NCBI RefSeq assembly: GCF_000354175.2
Contig: NC_022349.1
Span: 900,001-932,000 of the forward strand
Direction of reading: 5' to 3'
Length of the DNA: 32,000 bases
Source of the DNA: Vibrio alginolyticus NBRC 15630 = ATCC 17749
GTDB taxonomy: Bacteria > Pseudomonadota > Gammaproteobacteria > Enterobacterales > Vibrionaceae
Numbering within the stretch: position 1 is the stretch's first letter; each line of letters begins with the position of its first letter. Positions 14,602 through 24,015 of the stretch are shown here, piece by piece. The notes beneath the pieces were generated by a model, which saw nothing but the letters and a program-made list of their open reading frames with translations, did not search any database and had not been told where the DNA came from. The translations under genes were made by a program, and so were the position numbers.

Positions 14602-15783
14602 ATGAAACGTGAAGTTGTTGGATTCTCCAAAATGACTGATGAGATTTTGGATGCGCGATTAGATGAGTCCCCTTTCTTCTTTGCTTCCCCCCATAGTTCG
14701 ATGCTAGGCGTCGGTATTGAACAACAACTTGAGCAAGCCATTCCATTTTCACAACTGGCAGTTCAAGCCAATGAAATGTTGGAAAAAGCAAAGTCTGAAT
14801 ACAACGATAACCCTGTCTTGTTTGCCAGCGTTCCTTTTGATGAAAATACGCCAACAAGATTTGTTATCCCAGAGAAGCTTTATGTTTCCAGTAGCCACAG
14901 AGCAAGAGGACAAGATAAACAAAGTTCAAATAAAGCGACCATAGTGTCTGCTCCAACCGGAAACGATTATAAACAAGGGGTATCTACTCTCTTGAATTTG
15001 TTTGATACCACAGAGCTATCAAAGGTCGTACTTTCACGCTCACTCAGGCTGGCAACAGATCACACAATCGACCAAACAGTGCTACTGCGTAACTTATTGT
15101 CCATCAATGCCAATGGTTACACCTTTGCTTCAGACATTGGAAGTGGGGTTAAGTTGATGGGAGCCAGTCCGGAACTACTACTGGCCAAAAAAGGCGGTCA
15201 CGTGATTTCTAACCCGTTAGCGGGCTCTCGTCCCAAATCTCAAAACACTCAAGAAAACCTTCATTTACGTGCTTCCTTGTTAGATACCCAAAAGGATCTG
15301 AATGAACATAGTTTTGTTGTCGAAGAAATTGAAAAAGTCTTGAGTCGTTATTGCCACAACCTGTTTACTCCCATGGTGCCTTCAGTGATTGAAACGGAAA
15401 CAATGCTGCACTTGTCGACCGTATTGGAAGGTCAGGCAGACGATCCAACAACGAGTGCACTGCAAATCGCGGCCGAGCTCCACCCTACTCCAGCGGTTTG
15501 TGGGTTCCCAAGAAATTCGGCTTATCAAGCCATTAAGCAGATAGAGAACTTTGACCGTGGCTACTTTACCGGCATGGTTGGTTGGTGTGATGCAAGGGGT
15601 AATGGTGAGTGGGTGGTAACCATTCGCTGCGCAGAAGTAAGCCAGCACGAAATGTGCGTGTTTGCGGGTGCAGGTATCGTCATGGACTCTTCTCCTCAAA
15701 GTGAGCTAGATGAAACAGGAGCGAAGATGGGAACAATTTTACGTGCTGCTGGTATTCAAATTGACGAATTGCTTACGGTATAG
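14602..15783 (+). CDS. vabC: Isochorismate synthase (EntC/VibC/DhbC/VabC)
   Basis: 393 aa. It has chorismate-binding-enzyme motifs: [47 protein letters not shown] and GAGIV..S.P..E..ET..K. Confidence 0.9.
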   Translation: MKREVVGFSKMTDEILDARLDESPFFFASPHSSMLGVGIEQQLEQAIPFSQLAVQANEMLEKAKSEYNDNPVLFASVPFDENTPTRFVIPEKLYVSSSHRARGQDKQSSNKATIVSAPTGNDYKQGVSTLLNLFDTTELSKVVLSRSLRLATDHTIDQTVLLRNLLSINANGYTFASDIGSGVKLMGASPELLLAKKGGHVISNPLAGSRPKSQNTQENLHLRASLLDTQKDLNEHSFVVEEIEKVLSRYCHNLFTPMVPSVIETETMLHLSTVLEGQADDPTTSALQIAAELHPTPAVCGFPRNSAYQAIKQIENFDRGYFTGMVGWCDARGNGEWVVTIRCAEVSQHEMCVFAGAGIVMDSSPQSELDETGAKMGTILRAAGIQIDELLTV

Positions 15784-15788
15784 AACGC

Positions 15789-17408
15789 ATGACGAACATA
15801 CAGCACACGTTAGATTTTACACCATGGCCACAAGAGTCCGCTCGGTACTATCGGGCAAAGGGATATTGGCAAGATAAAACATTATTCGACCATTTGCTGG
15901 ACTCGGTTAAGACTCATCCAGATGCTTTAGCCATCATCAGTGGTGAATGCTCATACACCTTTCAACAGTTGCATGACAAAGTCACCCAGCTCGCCGCAGG
16001 ATTCATTACATTAGGCCTGAAATCGGGTGACAATGTTGTCATGCAAATCAGCAATCGAGCGGAGTTTTATATCTGCTTCTTTGCACTAACCATGCAAGGG
16101 ATAAAGCCAGTTGTTGCACTGCCAGCTCACCGAACTCTTGAGCTCAGCTATTTTTGTCGTCACGCACAAGCAAAAGCGTATATTTTCTCTGATGACACGC
16201 CGGGTTTTGATGCCCAAAAGACGGCCTTAACTTTGCAGGATGAATGTGCATCATTGTCATACCTCATTCACACAGACCAATCGGTAGATTCTCAAATTAC
16301 CGAATTAAGCACGCTTTATGAAGCGCAAGGTATTGCTCAAAACAGCAATGCTAACCATGTAGCTTTCTTCCAGCTGTCTGGTGGCACTACAGGCACTCCA
16401 AAGCTGATCCCAAGAACACACAATGACTACGCATATAGCGTTATCGCAAGTAATGCAATATGTAACTTCAGTGAACAAACACGCTATCTGTGCGTATTGC
16501 CAGCAGCACATAACTTCCCATTAAGTTCCCCGGGTGCGTTAGGCGTTTTCTTTGCTGGAGGCTGTGTGGTATTGGCACAAGATAGCTCACCACAAAATGC
16601 GTTCAAGCTGATTGAACAACATAGGATCACCGTCTCCGCTCTTGTACCACCACTCGCGTTACTTTGGATGAAACATGCAGAGACTGCCGATGACGATATT
16701 TCTAGCCTTAAATTTGTGCAAGTTGGTGGCGCCAAGTTCAGTGAAACCACAGCCAGAGAGCTACCTAATAAGCTAAACTGCCAATTACAACAAGTCTTTG
16801 GAATGGCGGAAGGTTTGGTCAACTATACACGTTTAGATGACCCGATTGATGTCATCGTAAAAACACAAGGGCGGCCAATGTCGCCAGACGATGAAGTGCT
16901 CGTGGTTGATGACGAAGGCAAACCCGTCCCTGTTGGTGAAGAAGGTGCACTATTAACCCGAGGCCCATATACGATCCAAGGTTATTTCCGCGCCAAAGAA
17001 CACAATCAACGTTCATTTAACGCAGAACGATTTTACGCCACGGGAGATCTCGTTCGGCTAACCTCTGACGGCAACATCATTGTTACTGGACGTGATAAAG
17101 ACCAAATCAACCGAGGAGGAGAAAAAATCGCCGCAGAAGAAGTAGAAAACCTGATACTTCAACATGACAGCGTACATGATGTCGCTTTAGTCGCCATACC
17201 TGATGAGTTTCTGGGCGAGCGCAGCTGTGCGATTATTGTTCCTGAAAGCAACCAGAAACCAAAACCTGTTGAACTAAAACGCTTCTTGCACAGTCAAGGA
17301 CTTGCTCAATTCAAGATTCCTGACCAAATCCATTTTGCTGAAGCCTTACCGAAAACTCCGGTAGGCAAAATAAACAAGAAAGTGTTAAGAGAACAATTCT
17401 CTTCATAA
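15789..17408 (+). CDS. vabE: 2,3-dihydroxybenzoate-AMP ligase / (2,3-dihydroxybenzoyl)adenylate synthase (EntE/VibE/DhbE/VabE)
   Basis: 539 aa, near-colinear with EntE: FQLSGGTTGTPKLIPRTHNDY.YS, QQVFGMAEGLVNYTRLDD, RGPYT..GY, KDQINRGGEKIAAEE.EN. Confidence 0.92.
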   Translation: MTNIQHTLDFTPWPQESARYYRAKGYWQDKTLFDHLLDSVKTHPDALAIISGECSYTFQQLHDKVTQLAAGFITLGLKSGDNVVMQISNRAEFYICFFALTMQGIKPVVALPAHRTLELSYFCRHAQAKAYIFSDDTPGFDAQKTALTLQDECASLSYLIHTDQSVDSQITELSTLYEAQGIAQNSNANHVAFFQLSGGTTGTPKLIPRTHNDYAYSVIASNAICNFSEQTRYLCVLPAAHNFPLSSPGALGVFFAGGCVVLAQDSSPQNAFKLIEQHRITVSALVPPLALLWMKHAETADDDISSLKFVQVGGAKFSETTARELPNKLNCQLQQVFGMAEGLVNYTRLDDPIDVIVKTQGRPMSPDDEVLVVDDEGKPVPVGEEGALLTRGPYTIQGYFRAKEHNQRSFNAERFYATGDLVRLTSDGNIIVTGRDKDQINRGGEKIAAEEVENLILQHDSVHDVALVAIPDEFLGERSCAIIVPESNQKPKPVELKRFLHSQGLAQFKIPDQIHFAEALPKTPVGKINKKVLREQFSS

Positions 17409-17411
17409 TAA

Positions 17412-17441
17412 AAAAACCGATTTCATCAGAAATCGGTTTTT
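17412..17441. terminator. Bidirectional rho-independent terminator
   Basis: aaaaaccgatttc-atca-gaaatcggttttt. It is flanked by A and T runs and lies between convergent stops at 17408 (+) and 17451 (-). Confidence 0.8.
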
Positions 17442-17450
17442 ACTTTAGCT

Positions 17451-18332
17451 CTAAGCGGCAACTTCCAAATTCGATTCAATCATTTGCCACCATTCTCTTA
17501 AGGTGGTTTTTTGCATGATGTCCGAAAAGGCAATATCAATGCCCTGCTTTCTCCAAGCTTCAAATAACGTCATTGCTCTTATGGAGTCTAGGCCTAAAAA
17601 CATTAGGTTCTCATCAACATCAACTTCTTCAAGATCCATATCTAGAATCTCTGCGACATCAACACGCATGGAAGCTAGGCTCAGCTCTGACTTCAGTTGC
17701 CCACCCTGTGCTATTTCATTGATAACCTGCGACATTGATTTAATGCAACCCGCTCTGCCTGCAACGTATTTCAACGCGTACTGATGATCTTCCAAAGAAA
17801 AGTCTGCAATCGCATCCCCGACAATGAAGGGCTTAACGTCTAGCATAAATGCATCAAGCGCAGTGGACAAAATACCGATATGACCGTAGACCCCGACAAT
17901 AATCAGTTGGTCACGCCCCGCTTCTCTCATCCAATCTAACAGAGGCGTCTTCTTAAACGCGCTATAGCGCCATTTTTTATACTGAATATCACCTTGTTCT
18001 GGAGCAACTTCTGCAATGATTTCTGTTTCTTGCGTGAGCCCCGTTCCCCAGAAATCCGTTAGTAAAGCACGTTCCTTAGGATCTTGATTCGCAGGTTGCG
18101 CTGTATAAACCACGGGAATATCCGCATGACGAGCAGCCTGCGCAACGTTTTGTACATTGCGAAGTAAGTGTGGGATAGGTTGCTTGGCTTTATCAAAGAA
18201 GTTAATAAAGTAATCCTGCATGTCGTGAACCAATAACACCGCTTTGTCTGGCTCAATACTCCAGTTGACTTTGTTATCAGGGAAAGTATCAACTTCTGGT
18301 ATTTCGTAGCCAGCAATCTTGGGAATCGCCAT
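17451..18332 (-). CDS. vabB: Bifunctional isochorismatase / aryl carrier protein (EntB/VibB/DhbB/VabB)
   Basis: 293 aa. MAIPKI.GY..P matches the EntB start, followed by [17 protein letters not shown], and the C-terminal Ar[11 protein letters not shown] with the phosphopantetheine Ser. Confidence 0.92.
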   Translation of the reverse strand: MAIPKIAGYEIPEVDTFPDNKVNWSIEPDKAVLLVHDMQDYFINFFDKAKQPIPHLLRNVQNVAQAARHADIPVVYTAQPANQDPKERALLTDFWGTGLTQETEIIAEVAPEQGDIQYKKWRYSAFKKTPLLDWMREAGRDQLIIVGVYGHIGILSTALDAFMLDVKPFIVGDAIADFSLEDHQYALKYVAGRAGCIKSMSQVINEIAQGGQLKSELSLASMRVDVAEILDMDLEEVDVDENLMFLGLDSIRAMTLFEAWRKQGIDIAFSDIMQKTTLREWWQMIESNLEVAA

Positions 18333-18401
18333 TTTTTATAATCCTTAGTAAGTTATTTCCTATATAGGAATTGGTTGACGTTGTTTATGAACAAAGAAAC
18401 A

Positions 18402-18420
18402 AATGGTAACAATTATCATT
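18402..18420. promoter_or_regulatory. Fur box (vabB side of the divergent region)
   Basis: aatggtaacaattatc matches AATGATAATCATTATC at 13 of 16 positions. Confidence 0.6.
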
Positions 18421-18457
18421 TAACCAATAGTAAGCAGCAGCAAAGACAAAATCAATT

Positions 18458-18476
18458 GATAATGATAGTAGTTCGC
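18458..18476. promoter_or_regulatory. Fur box (binding-protein gene side of the divergent region)
   Basis: gataatgatagtagttcgc matches the consensus at 14 of 19 positions, and the first 10 nt are perfect. Confidence 0.6.
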
Positions 18477-18548
18477 AATAAAGTAGCTACCTTCTACCAA
18501 TAATGAAGTCATACGCGTTCGTTATAGAGCGATTAACCACGGGAACTA

Positions 18549-19550
18549 ATGATGAGACACCACTATGCGAGAATTTTGATAGGGCTGCTTTTTCTAACCT
18601 TATTGTCGGCATGCAATGATGCTGCAATTTCAGACCAGACGTCTAAGCCATTAACTGTTTCAGACGGTTGGCCAAAGAAAATAACGTCAAGCTATGGTGA
18701 CATCACACTGACATCACCACCCAAGCGCATCGTTTCCACCAGTGTTTCGATCACAGGAACACTTTTGGCTATTGATGCTCCAGTAATTGCTTCGGGAGGG
18801 ACGCTTTCCAACAGTCCTGTCGCAGATAAAGACGGGTATTTTTATCAATGGCGCTCCGTTGCCAATCAAAGAAACGTTAAACCACTATATCAAGGCCTAG
18901 CTAATGCAGAAGCCGTCGCCAAAGAACGACCAGATTTGATTATTGTGTCCGCAACGGGTGGTGACTCTGCAATAAAAATGTATGACCAGTTCTCAGCTAT
19001 CGCTCCGACTCTGGTTATTAATTACGACGATAAAAGCTGGCAAGAGCTTGCCCGACTATTGGCATCCTTTACTGATCGGAAAACACAAGCGGAAAACGCA
19101 ATTCAACGCTTCAATCAGAGGGTTGTCGAAGTCAAAGAGCGCATTAAACTGCCACCTCAACCAACTACTGCCATGGTGTATTATGGCGATGGTCGTGGCG
19201 CTAATTTTTGGACAGTAAACTCCGCCCAAGGACAAGTTTTGCAAACCTTAGGGTTTGAGTTAAGTGAGATCCCAGAACCACTCACAGACAATCATCAAAT
19301 GGGACAACGAAAAGATATTGTTCCAGTCAATGGTGAGAATTTTGCCGATGCGATAACAGGTCAATCCATACTTTTGTTCGCCGCAGAAGCACCTGTGATT
19401 CAGCAATTACGAGAAAATAAGTTCATCGCCCATTTGAAAGCGGTTCGAGATCACCATGTTTACGCAATGGGTAATGATTCATTTAGACTTGATTATTACA
19501 GCTCCATGAATTTACTTGAGAACATTGAAACACTTTTCAGTGCTCAATAG
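18549..19550 (+). CDS. fvtB: Ferric-catecholate siderophore periplasmic binding lipoprotein (FepB/ViuP/FvtB-like, ABC substrate-binding)
   Basis: 333 aa. It has a signal peptide with the lipobox LLSAC. The layout is that of a class III (FecB/FepB) binding protein: RIVSTSVS.TG.LLAIDAPV, DLIIVSA. It lies in the siderophore cluster. Confidence 0.8.
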   Translation: MMRHHYARILIGLLFLTLLSACNDAAISDQTSKPLTVSDGWPKKITSSYGDITLTSPPKRIVSTSVSITGTLLAIDAPVIASGGTLSNSPVADKDGYFYQWRSVANQRNVKPLYQGLANAEAVAKERPDLIIVSATGGDSAIKMYDQFSAIAPTLVINYDDKSWQELARLLASFTDRKTQAENAIQRFNQRVVEVKERIKLPPQPTTAMVYYGDGRGANFWTVNSAQGQVLQTLGFELSEIPEPLTDNHQMGQRKDIVPVNGENFADAITGQSILLFAAEAPVIQQLRENKFIAHLKAVRDHHVYAMGNDSFRLDYYSSMNLLENIETLFSAQ

Positions 19551-19555
19551 AAAAC

Positions 19556-19578
19556 AAACCGCCCATATAGGGCGGTTT
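19556..19578. terminator. Bidirectional stem-loop terminator
   Basis: aaaccgccc-atata-gggcggttt, located between convergent stops at 19550 (+) and 19582 (-). Confidence 0.75.
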
Positions 19579-19581
19579 ATT

Positions 19582-20871
19582 CTAACTTGTCGCTGTGGCT
19601 TCTTTTGCTGAACCGGTTGGCTCTGGTGGCGGAGCCAAAGCAGGATCAAATAGCTTTGCTCGGCGCAGCGGGCGGAACAGAATAACCATTAACATCCCTA
19701 CCCCTGTCGCCCCCAATCCAAATGAAAATATCGACATTGCTGGCGCCATAACCTTACCCAAAGCACCTAATCCAATAGCACCCATTGAGTCTCCAGTTAC
19801 GTCTTGCGCTGTCCATAAACTGCTTACACGGCCTAATAAATGATCCGGGGTATGTCCTTGGACAATAGAATATTGAATAAGCGAAGCCACAGAACCTAAG
19901 TATCCGTATATCACCAATATACTAAGGAATAACCAATAGTTTCCTGCCAATCCCATGGCCACAATGGCTAAAAATGTTCCCATAGTTGCATAGATCATAA
20001 CCATTCCCGGCCGTTGAGATTGCTTTACCCAACCTGACGTCAATGCACCGACCATTGCGCCTAATGGGATCGCTGAGTACATCAATCCGGCATTCGCTGC
20101 ATTTCCGGTAAATGTCTCAAGAGCCAACGCGGGAAACATAACTCTAACCGCTGTTGCGAGTGTTTCTAAGGTGCCAAAAACAACCACACACCCCACTACC
20201 TTGTTCGAAAAGAGAAACTTTACGCCTTCATACAATGACAACAACGGATTTTCTGGTGCGTCATGACTCGGTTTCATGGAAGGAAGTCTGAACAACGGGA
20301 ATAAGGTGCACAAGGTACCAACTGAAGCAGCAAGGTAGTTCCAGCTGACATCACCAAACGAGATGAGCAACCCACCAATCGCTGGTGACAAAACCATTCC
20401 CATGCGAACAGTAAGCATGCTCAGTGCCGCCGCTGAGGGCAAATTCTCTCGCCCAACAATAACGGGCAACGAAGCCATCAAGGCCGTCATTCCCATCGCG
20501 CCAAAAAAGCCATCCCACACAGAAAGTACATAAAGTGCAACCAAGGAAGATTCCGCCAATAGGCTGTTTAAGGCTAACGCCCCAAATCCAATGCCACACG
20601 TTGTTCTGGCGAATAGAATGAGTTTGCGTCGGTCGTATTTATCTGCCAAAACGCCCCCGATGAGCAACCCGACAAACATGCCGATGCCATCTAATGCCAT
20701 GATCATTCCGACTTGAAGGGTTGAGCCAGTCATTTGATGTATCTGTATTGGTACAGCGACGGTCATCATGCCAAGAGCAAGAATCGACATCATCCTTGCA
20801 ATAAATACCATTCTAAAATTCGGGTTTTCTTTAAGTAAGCTGAAATCCAGCATAATTTTGGGCATTTTCAT
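19582..20871 (-). CDS. vabS: MFS siderophore exporter, EntS family (VabS-like)
   Basis: 429 aa, colinear with E. coli EntS as I recall it: LLKENP.FR.VF.AR..S...LG...VAVP.QI..MT.S, GGVLAD.Y.R.K.IL.AR.TCGIGF, VGRENL and LGR...LWTAQ.VTGD. Confidence 0.88.
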   Translation of the reverse strand: MKMPKIMLDFSLLKENPNFRMVFIARMMSILALGMMTVAVPIQIHQMTGSTLQVGMIMALDGIGMFVGLLIGGVLADKYDRRKLILFARTTCGIGFGALALNSLLAESSLVALYVLSVWDGFFGAMGMTALMASLPVIVGRENLPSAAALSMLTVRMGMVLSPAIGGLLISFGDVSWNYLAASVGTLCTLFPLFRLPSMKPSHDAPENPLLSLYEGVKFLFSNKVVGCVVVFGTLETLATAVRVMFPALALETFTGNAANAGLMYSAIPLGAMVGALTSGWVKQSQRPGMVMIYATMGTFLAIVAMGLAGNYWLFLSILVIYGYLGSVASLIQYSIVQGHTPDHLLGRVSSLWTAQDVTGDSMGAIGLGALGKVMAPAMSIFSFGLGATGVGMLMVILFRPLRRAKLFDPALAPPPEPTGSAKEATATS

Positions 20872-20964
20872 TATTTCTTACGTCAAATATTGTGAGTCGT
20901 GAAATCAACACGTTGAAAGAGGATGCTTATTGCTTGAACATTCTACGCATCAAGTTACAATAAT

Positions 20965-20983
20965 GGCAATGATAATTATTTAC
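20965..20983. promoter_or_regulatory. Fur box in the divergent exporter / ABC-permease promoter region
   Basis: ggcaatgataattatttac matches the consensus at 14 of 19 positions. It lies only 11 nt from the annotated permease ATG, so either the 5' UTR is very short or the box mainly serves the divergent exporter promoter. Confidence 0.5.
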
Positions 20984-20993
20984 AATTGTATTT

Positions 20994-22073
20994 ATGAGTG
21001 TTCATAAGTTGCCTTTAATCTCTTCTCTCTTACCAAGTAAAACGGCACTCCCCCAAACGCCAGACTCCCGTAAAAAACGTACTTATCGCCACTCTTTAAC
21101 GTTATTTTCTTTATGTGCTTTACTGCTGTTCACATGCATCTTAAGCTTGGTGATCGGTGCCAAAAGTATATCGCCAAGCATTGTGTTTGAAAGCTTGCGA
21201 GGCACAGTAACATCAACAGCAAGCCAAATAATCGTCGAAGCAAGAGTCCCACGAACCCTCGTTGGGTTGCCGGTCGGAGCGGCGTTAGCTGTGGCAGGTG
21301 CGTTAATACAATCTTTGACACGCAATCCCCTTGCAGACCCCGGTATCCTTGGTGTGAATGCTGGTAGCAGCTTTTTCGTGCTTATTGGTGTCGCAATTTT
21401 CGGTAACCATTTGATGAGTGAACACCTGTGGTTCGCTTTTCTCGGTGCTCTCACTACGAGTTTGTTTGTCTATTTCATAGGAACATATAAAGAAGCCCGA
21501 GTGAATCCATTAAAAATTACGCTTGCCGGTGTGGCTCTAGGTGCACTTCTTGCGGGAGTGTCGTCATCGGTTACGCTTTTAAACCCTCAAGCCTTTGACG
21601 AAATGCGTTTCTGGGACGCTGGCTCGTTAGATATCAGAAACCTCTCTTTGACCTTTACGGCCATCGCTCCCATTACATTTGCATTGATCGTCGCGTTATT
21701 GATTGCCCCAGGGTTGGACAATTTAGCCCTTGGTGAAGATGTTGCGCAAGGACTGGGTACGAATGTCAAACAGACGCAAGCTTTAGCCCTGCTGGTGATC
21801 GCTATTTTATGTGGCAGTGCCACAGCGCTTGCTGGTCCAATTGGCTTTGTTGGCTTGATGATCCCACACGTAGCTCGAAAGCTGGCTTCTTCAAGCCAAC
21901 GCTGGTTAACGCTTTATGCAATGGTTCTTGGTCCTCTCCTTTTGATTAGCGCCGATATCATTGGCCGTGTTATCGCTGTCAATGAAGTCCGAGTCTCTAT
22001 TGTGACAGCATTTGTCGGGGCCCCAGTCCTAATCTACCTCGCTCGTAAACTGAACTCCTTTGGTAAACTCTAA
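20994..22073 (+). CDS. fvtC: Ferric-siderophore ABC transporter permease (FepD/ViuD/FvtC-like)
   Basis: 359 aa, polytopic. It has FecCD-family motifs: RVPRTL.GL..GAALAVAGALIQSLTRNPLADPGILGVNAG, GPIGFVGLMIPH.AR and AFVGAPVLIYL. Confidence 0.88.
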   Translation: MSVHKLPLISSLLPSKTALPQTPDSRKKRTYRHSLTLFSLCALLLFTCILSLVIGAKSISPSIVFESLRGTVTSTASQIIVEARVPRTLVGLPVGAALAVAGALIQSLTRNPLADPGILGVNAGSSFFVLIGVAIFGNHLMSEHLWFAFLGALTTSLFVYFIGTYKEARVNPLKITLAGVALGALLAGVSSSVTLLNPQAFDEMRFWDAGSLDIRNLSLTFTAIAPITFALIVALLIAPGLDNLALGEDVAQGLGTNVKQTQALALLVIAILCGSATALAGPIGFVGLMIPHVARKLASSSQRWLTLYAMVLGPLLLISADIIGRVIAVNEVRVSIVTAFVGAPVLIYLARKLNSFGKL

Positions 22074-23113
22074 TGCAACCATCAGGCACTTACCTACTTG
22101 GCCGCAAAAGCGGCCGTTTCAATTTTCTAATATCCAAACGAACTGTCGCTTGGTGCATTTTGCTTACAATAGCCACAACAATCATTGCCACCTTCGCTTT
22201 ATCTCAAGGAGAGCTAAGAACAAGCCTGACCGATCTTGTTGAGGTCGCATTCGGCACAGCTGAACAATTCACTTCAATTGTGATTCTTGAATGGCGACTA
22301 CCGAGGTTATTTGCATCGCTTGTTTTTGGCGCAGCGCTCGGAGTCAGTGGTGCACTTTTTCAATCACTCATCCGTAATCCATTAGGAAGCCCTGACATTA
22401 TTGGCTTTAACACTGGCGCGTACACAGGTGCACTAGTCGTCATCATTGTATTTGGGGGAAGCTATTTTGAGGTTGCATTTGGTGCAATCACAGGCGGCTT
22501 AATTGCAGCAACGGCTGTATACCTGCTGGCATACAAACAAGGAATCCAAGGATTTAGATTAATCATCATTGGTATTGGCATCAGCGCCATGTTAAGCGCT
22601 TTTAATAGCTGGCTGATGCTCACAAGCAAGTTGGAGACAGCGATGACAGCCGCCATATGGGGTGCTGGTACACTGAATGGGCTGGGATGGAATAAAATTT
22701 TGCCATCATTTGTTTTTATTGCTGTCGCTTTTGTCATATCTGCAACACTTGTCAGAAAGTTAAACATTTTAGAAATGGGTGATGACAATGCCGCAATGCT
22801 TGGCGTAAGTGGTGAACGCACTCGGCGGTTAGCGATGCTATCTGGCGTTATTTTGACAGCAGCAGTCACCGCCGCTACGGGCCCGATTTCATTCATCGCT
22901 TTAGTCGCTCCACAACTTGCTAGAAAGCTAACCAAAGATGGCTCGGTGGGACTGATGGCCTCAGCATTGATGGGAGCGATGTTACTCACTCTGTCCGATT
23001 TCACTGCCGTTAATTTATTTGCACCAAACCAATTACCCGTCGGCGTAATAACCATAAGTATTGGAGGTATCTACTTGCTGTATTTGCTTATTCGCCAATC
23101 AGAGAGATCATAA
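22073..23113 (+). CDS. fvtD: Ferric-siderophore ABC transporter permease (FepG/ViuG/FvtD-like)
   Basis: 346 aa. The start overlaps the upstream stop (TAATG). It has FecCD-family motifs: WRLPR, GAALGVSGALFQSLIRNPLGSPDIIGF, GPISFIALVAPQLAR. Confidence 0.88.
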   Translation: MQPSGTYLLGRKSGRFNFLISKRTVAWCILLTIATTIIATFALSQGELRTSLTDLVEVAFGTAEQFTSIVILEWRLPRLFASLVFGAALGVSGALFQSLIRNPLGSPDIIGFNTGAYTGALVVIIVFGGSYFEVAFGAITGGLIAATAVYLLAYKQGIQGFRLIIIGIGISAMLSAFNSWLMLTSKLETAMTAAIWGAGTLNGLGWNKILPSFVFIAVAFVISATLVRKLNILEMGDDNAAMLGVSGERTRRLAMLSGVILTAAVTAATGPISFIALVAPQLARKLTKDGSVGLMASALMGAMLLTLSDFTAVNLFAPNQLPVGVITISIGGIYLLYLLIRQSERS

Positions 23114-23114
23114 T

Positions 23115-23936
23115 TTGACTAACGCAACACAACATAAAATAAACTCGCGCTATCGATTGCAGGCGGAACAAGTCACACTCGCCTACCAAGATAACGTCAT
23201 ATCTCAATCTTTGTCAGTTGGCATCCCAGACAATAAATTCACTGTCATCTTAGGACCAAACGGCTGCGGTAAATCAACATTACTACGCGGATTAAGCAAT
23301 CTGCTCATGCCCAAATCTGGATCTGTTTTGTTAGATGGCAAAAATCTCTGCCACTTTCCTCGTCAAGAACTGGCAAAGCAGCTGGGACTACTGCCCCAAT
23401 CTGCAATTGCGCCATCTGGCTTAACTGTTCACGATCTCATATGTCGAGGGCGCTTCCCTCATCAATCATTTTTGAAACGCTGGACACAAGCTGACGAACA
23501 GGCCGTACAACAAGCGATAGAGGCAACTCAGGTTGAGCCATTACTAGGGCAAAACGTTGAAGCATTGTCCGGAGGACAGCGGCAACGTGTTTGGGTTGCC
23601 ATGGTTCTGGCGCAAAAAACACCTTATTTACTGTTAGATGAACCGACAACTTATTTAGACATTGCACATCAAATTGAACTATTGGATCTATTTAGAAAAC
23701 TGAATCGGCAAAACAGTTCAACCATCGTTGCGGTGCTGCACGATCTCAATCATGCATGTCGTTATGCTGATCACTTAATCGTGATGAATTCAGGACAAGT
23801 CGTTGCAGAAGGAACACCCAATACGGTGATCACAGAAACACTGATCCAACACGTATATGGGTTACGTTGTTTAATAATGCCCGACCCTCTAACCAAGACG
23901 CCAATGATCATTCCTCGAGATTCTAGAGTCGATTAG
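23115..23936 (+). CDS. fvtE: Ferric-siderophore ABC transporter ATP-binding protein (FepC/ViuC/FvtE-like)
   Basis: Walker A is GPNGCGKSTLL, the signature is LSGGQRQR, and Walker B is LLLDEPT. I prefer the in-frame TTG at 23115, which gives a ~273-aa product matching FepC length and starts just after the upstream stop. The track start at ATG 23061 would overlap the permease gene by 53 nt, so the start is uncertain. Confidence 0.85.
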   Translation: MTNATQHKINSRYRLQAEQVTLAYQDNVISQSLSVGIPDNKFTVILGPNGCGKSTLLRGLSNLLMPKSGSVLLDGKNLCHFPRQELAKQLGLLPQSAIAPSGLTVHDLICRGRFPHQSFLKRWTQADEQAVQQAIEATQVEPLLGQNVEALSGGQRQRVWVAMVLAQKTPYLLLDEPTTYLDIAHQIELLDLFRKLNRQNSSTIVAVLHDLNHACRYADHLIVMNSGQVVAEGTPNTVITETLIQHVYGLRCLIMPDPLTKTPMIIPRDSRVD

Positions 23937-23983
23937 CGTTTCTGACGATATCATGCGTTTCACATAAAGAATTTACACCAATA

Positions 23984-24011
23984 AAAAACCGGCGATTTCG
24001 CCGGTTTTATT
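23984..24011. terminator. Bidirectional rho-independent terminator
   Basis: aaaaaccggcga-tt-tcgccggtttt followed by atttttg. It lies between convergent stops at 23936 (+) and 24016 (-). Confidence 0.8.
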
Positions 24012-24015
24012 TTTG

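Noticed and set aside
22462-23055. A 197-aa minus-strand ORF, with similar long antisense ORFs at 21083-21454, 13826-14179, 6686-7075, 29252-29692, 31514-31906, 16484-16822 and 1231-1575.
   Set aside because: All lie entirely antisense within strongly supported genes (permeases, SDR, DGQHR, NRPS, DHB-AMP ligase, Maa). They have low-complexity or Ala/Ser/Pro/Thr-rich composition typical of antisense frames and have no RBS.
23061-23114. ATG 23061 as the start of the ABC ATPase (291-aa version).
   Set aside because: It would overlap the upstream permease gene by 53 nt and add a Cys-rich, non-homologous 18-aa leader. The in-frame TTG at 23115 gives a FepC-length protein. This is kept as an uncertainty rather than a firm exclusion.
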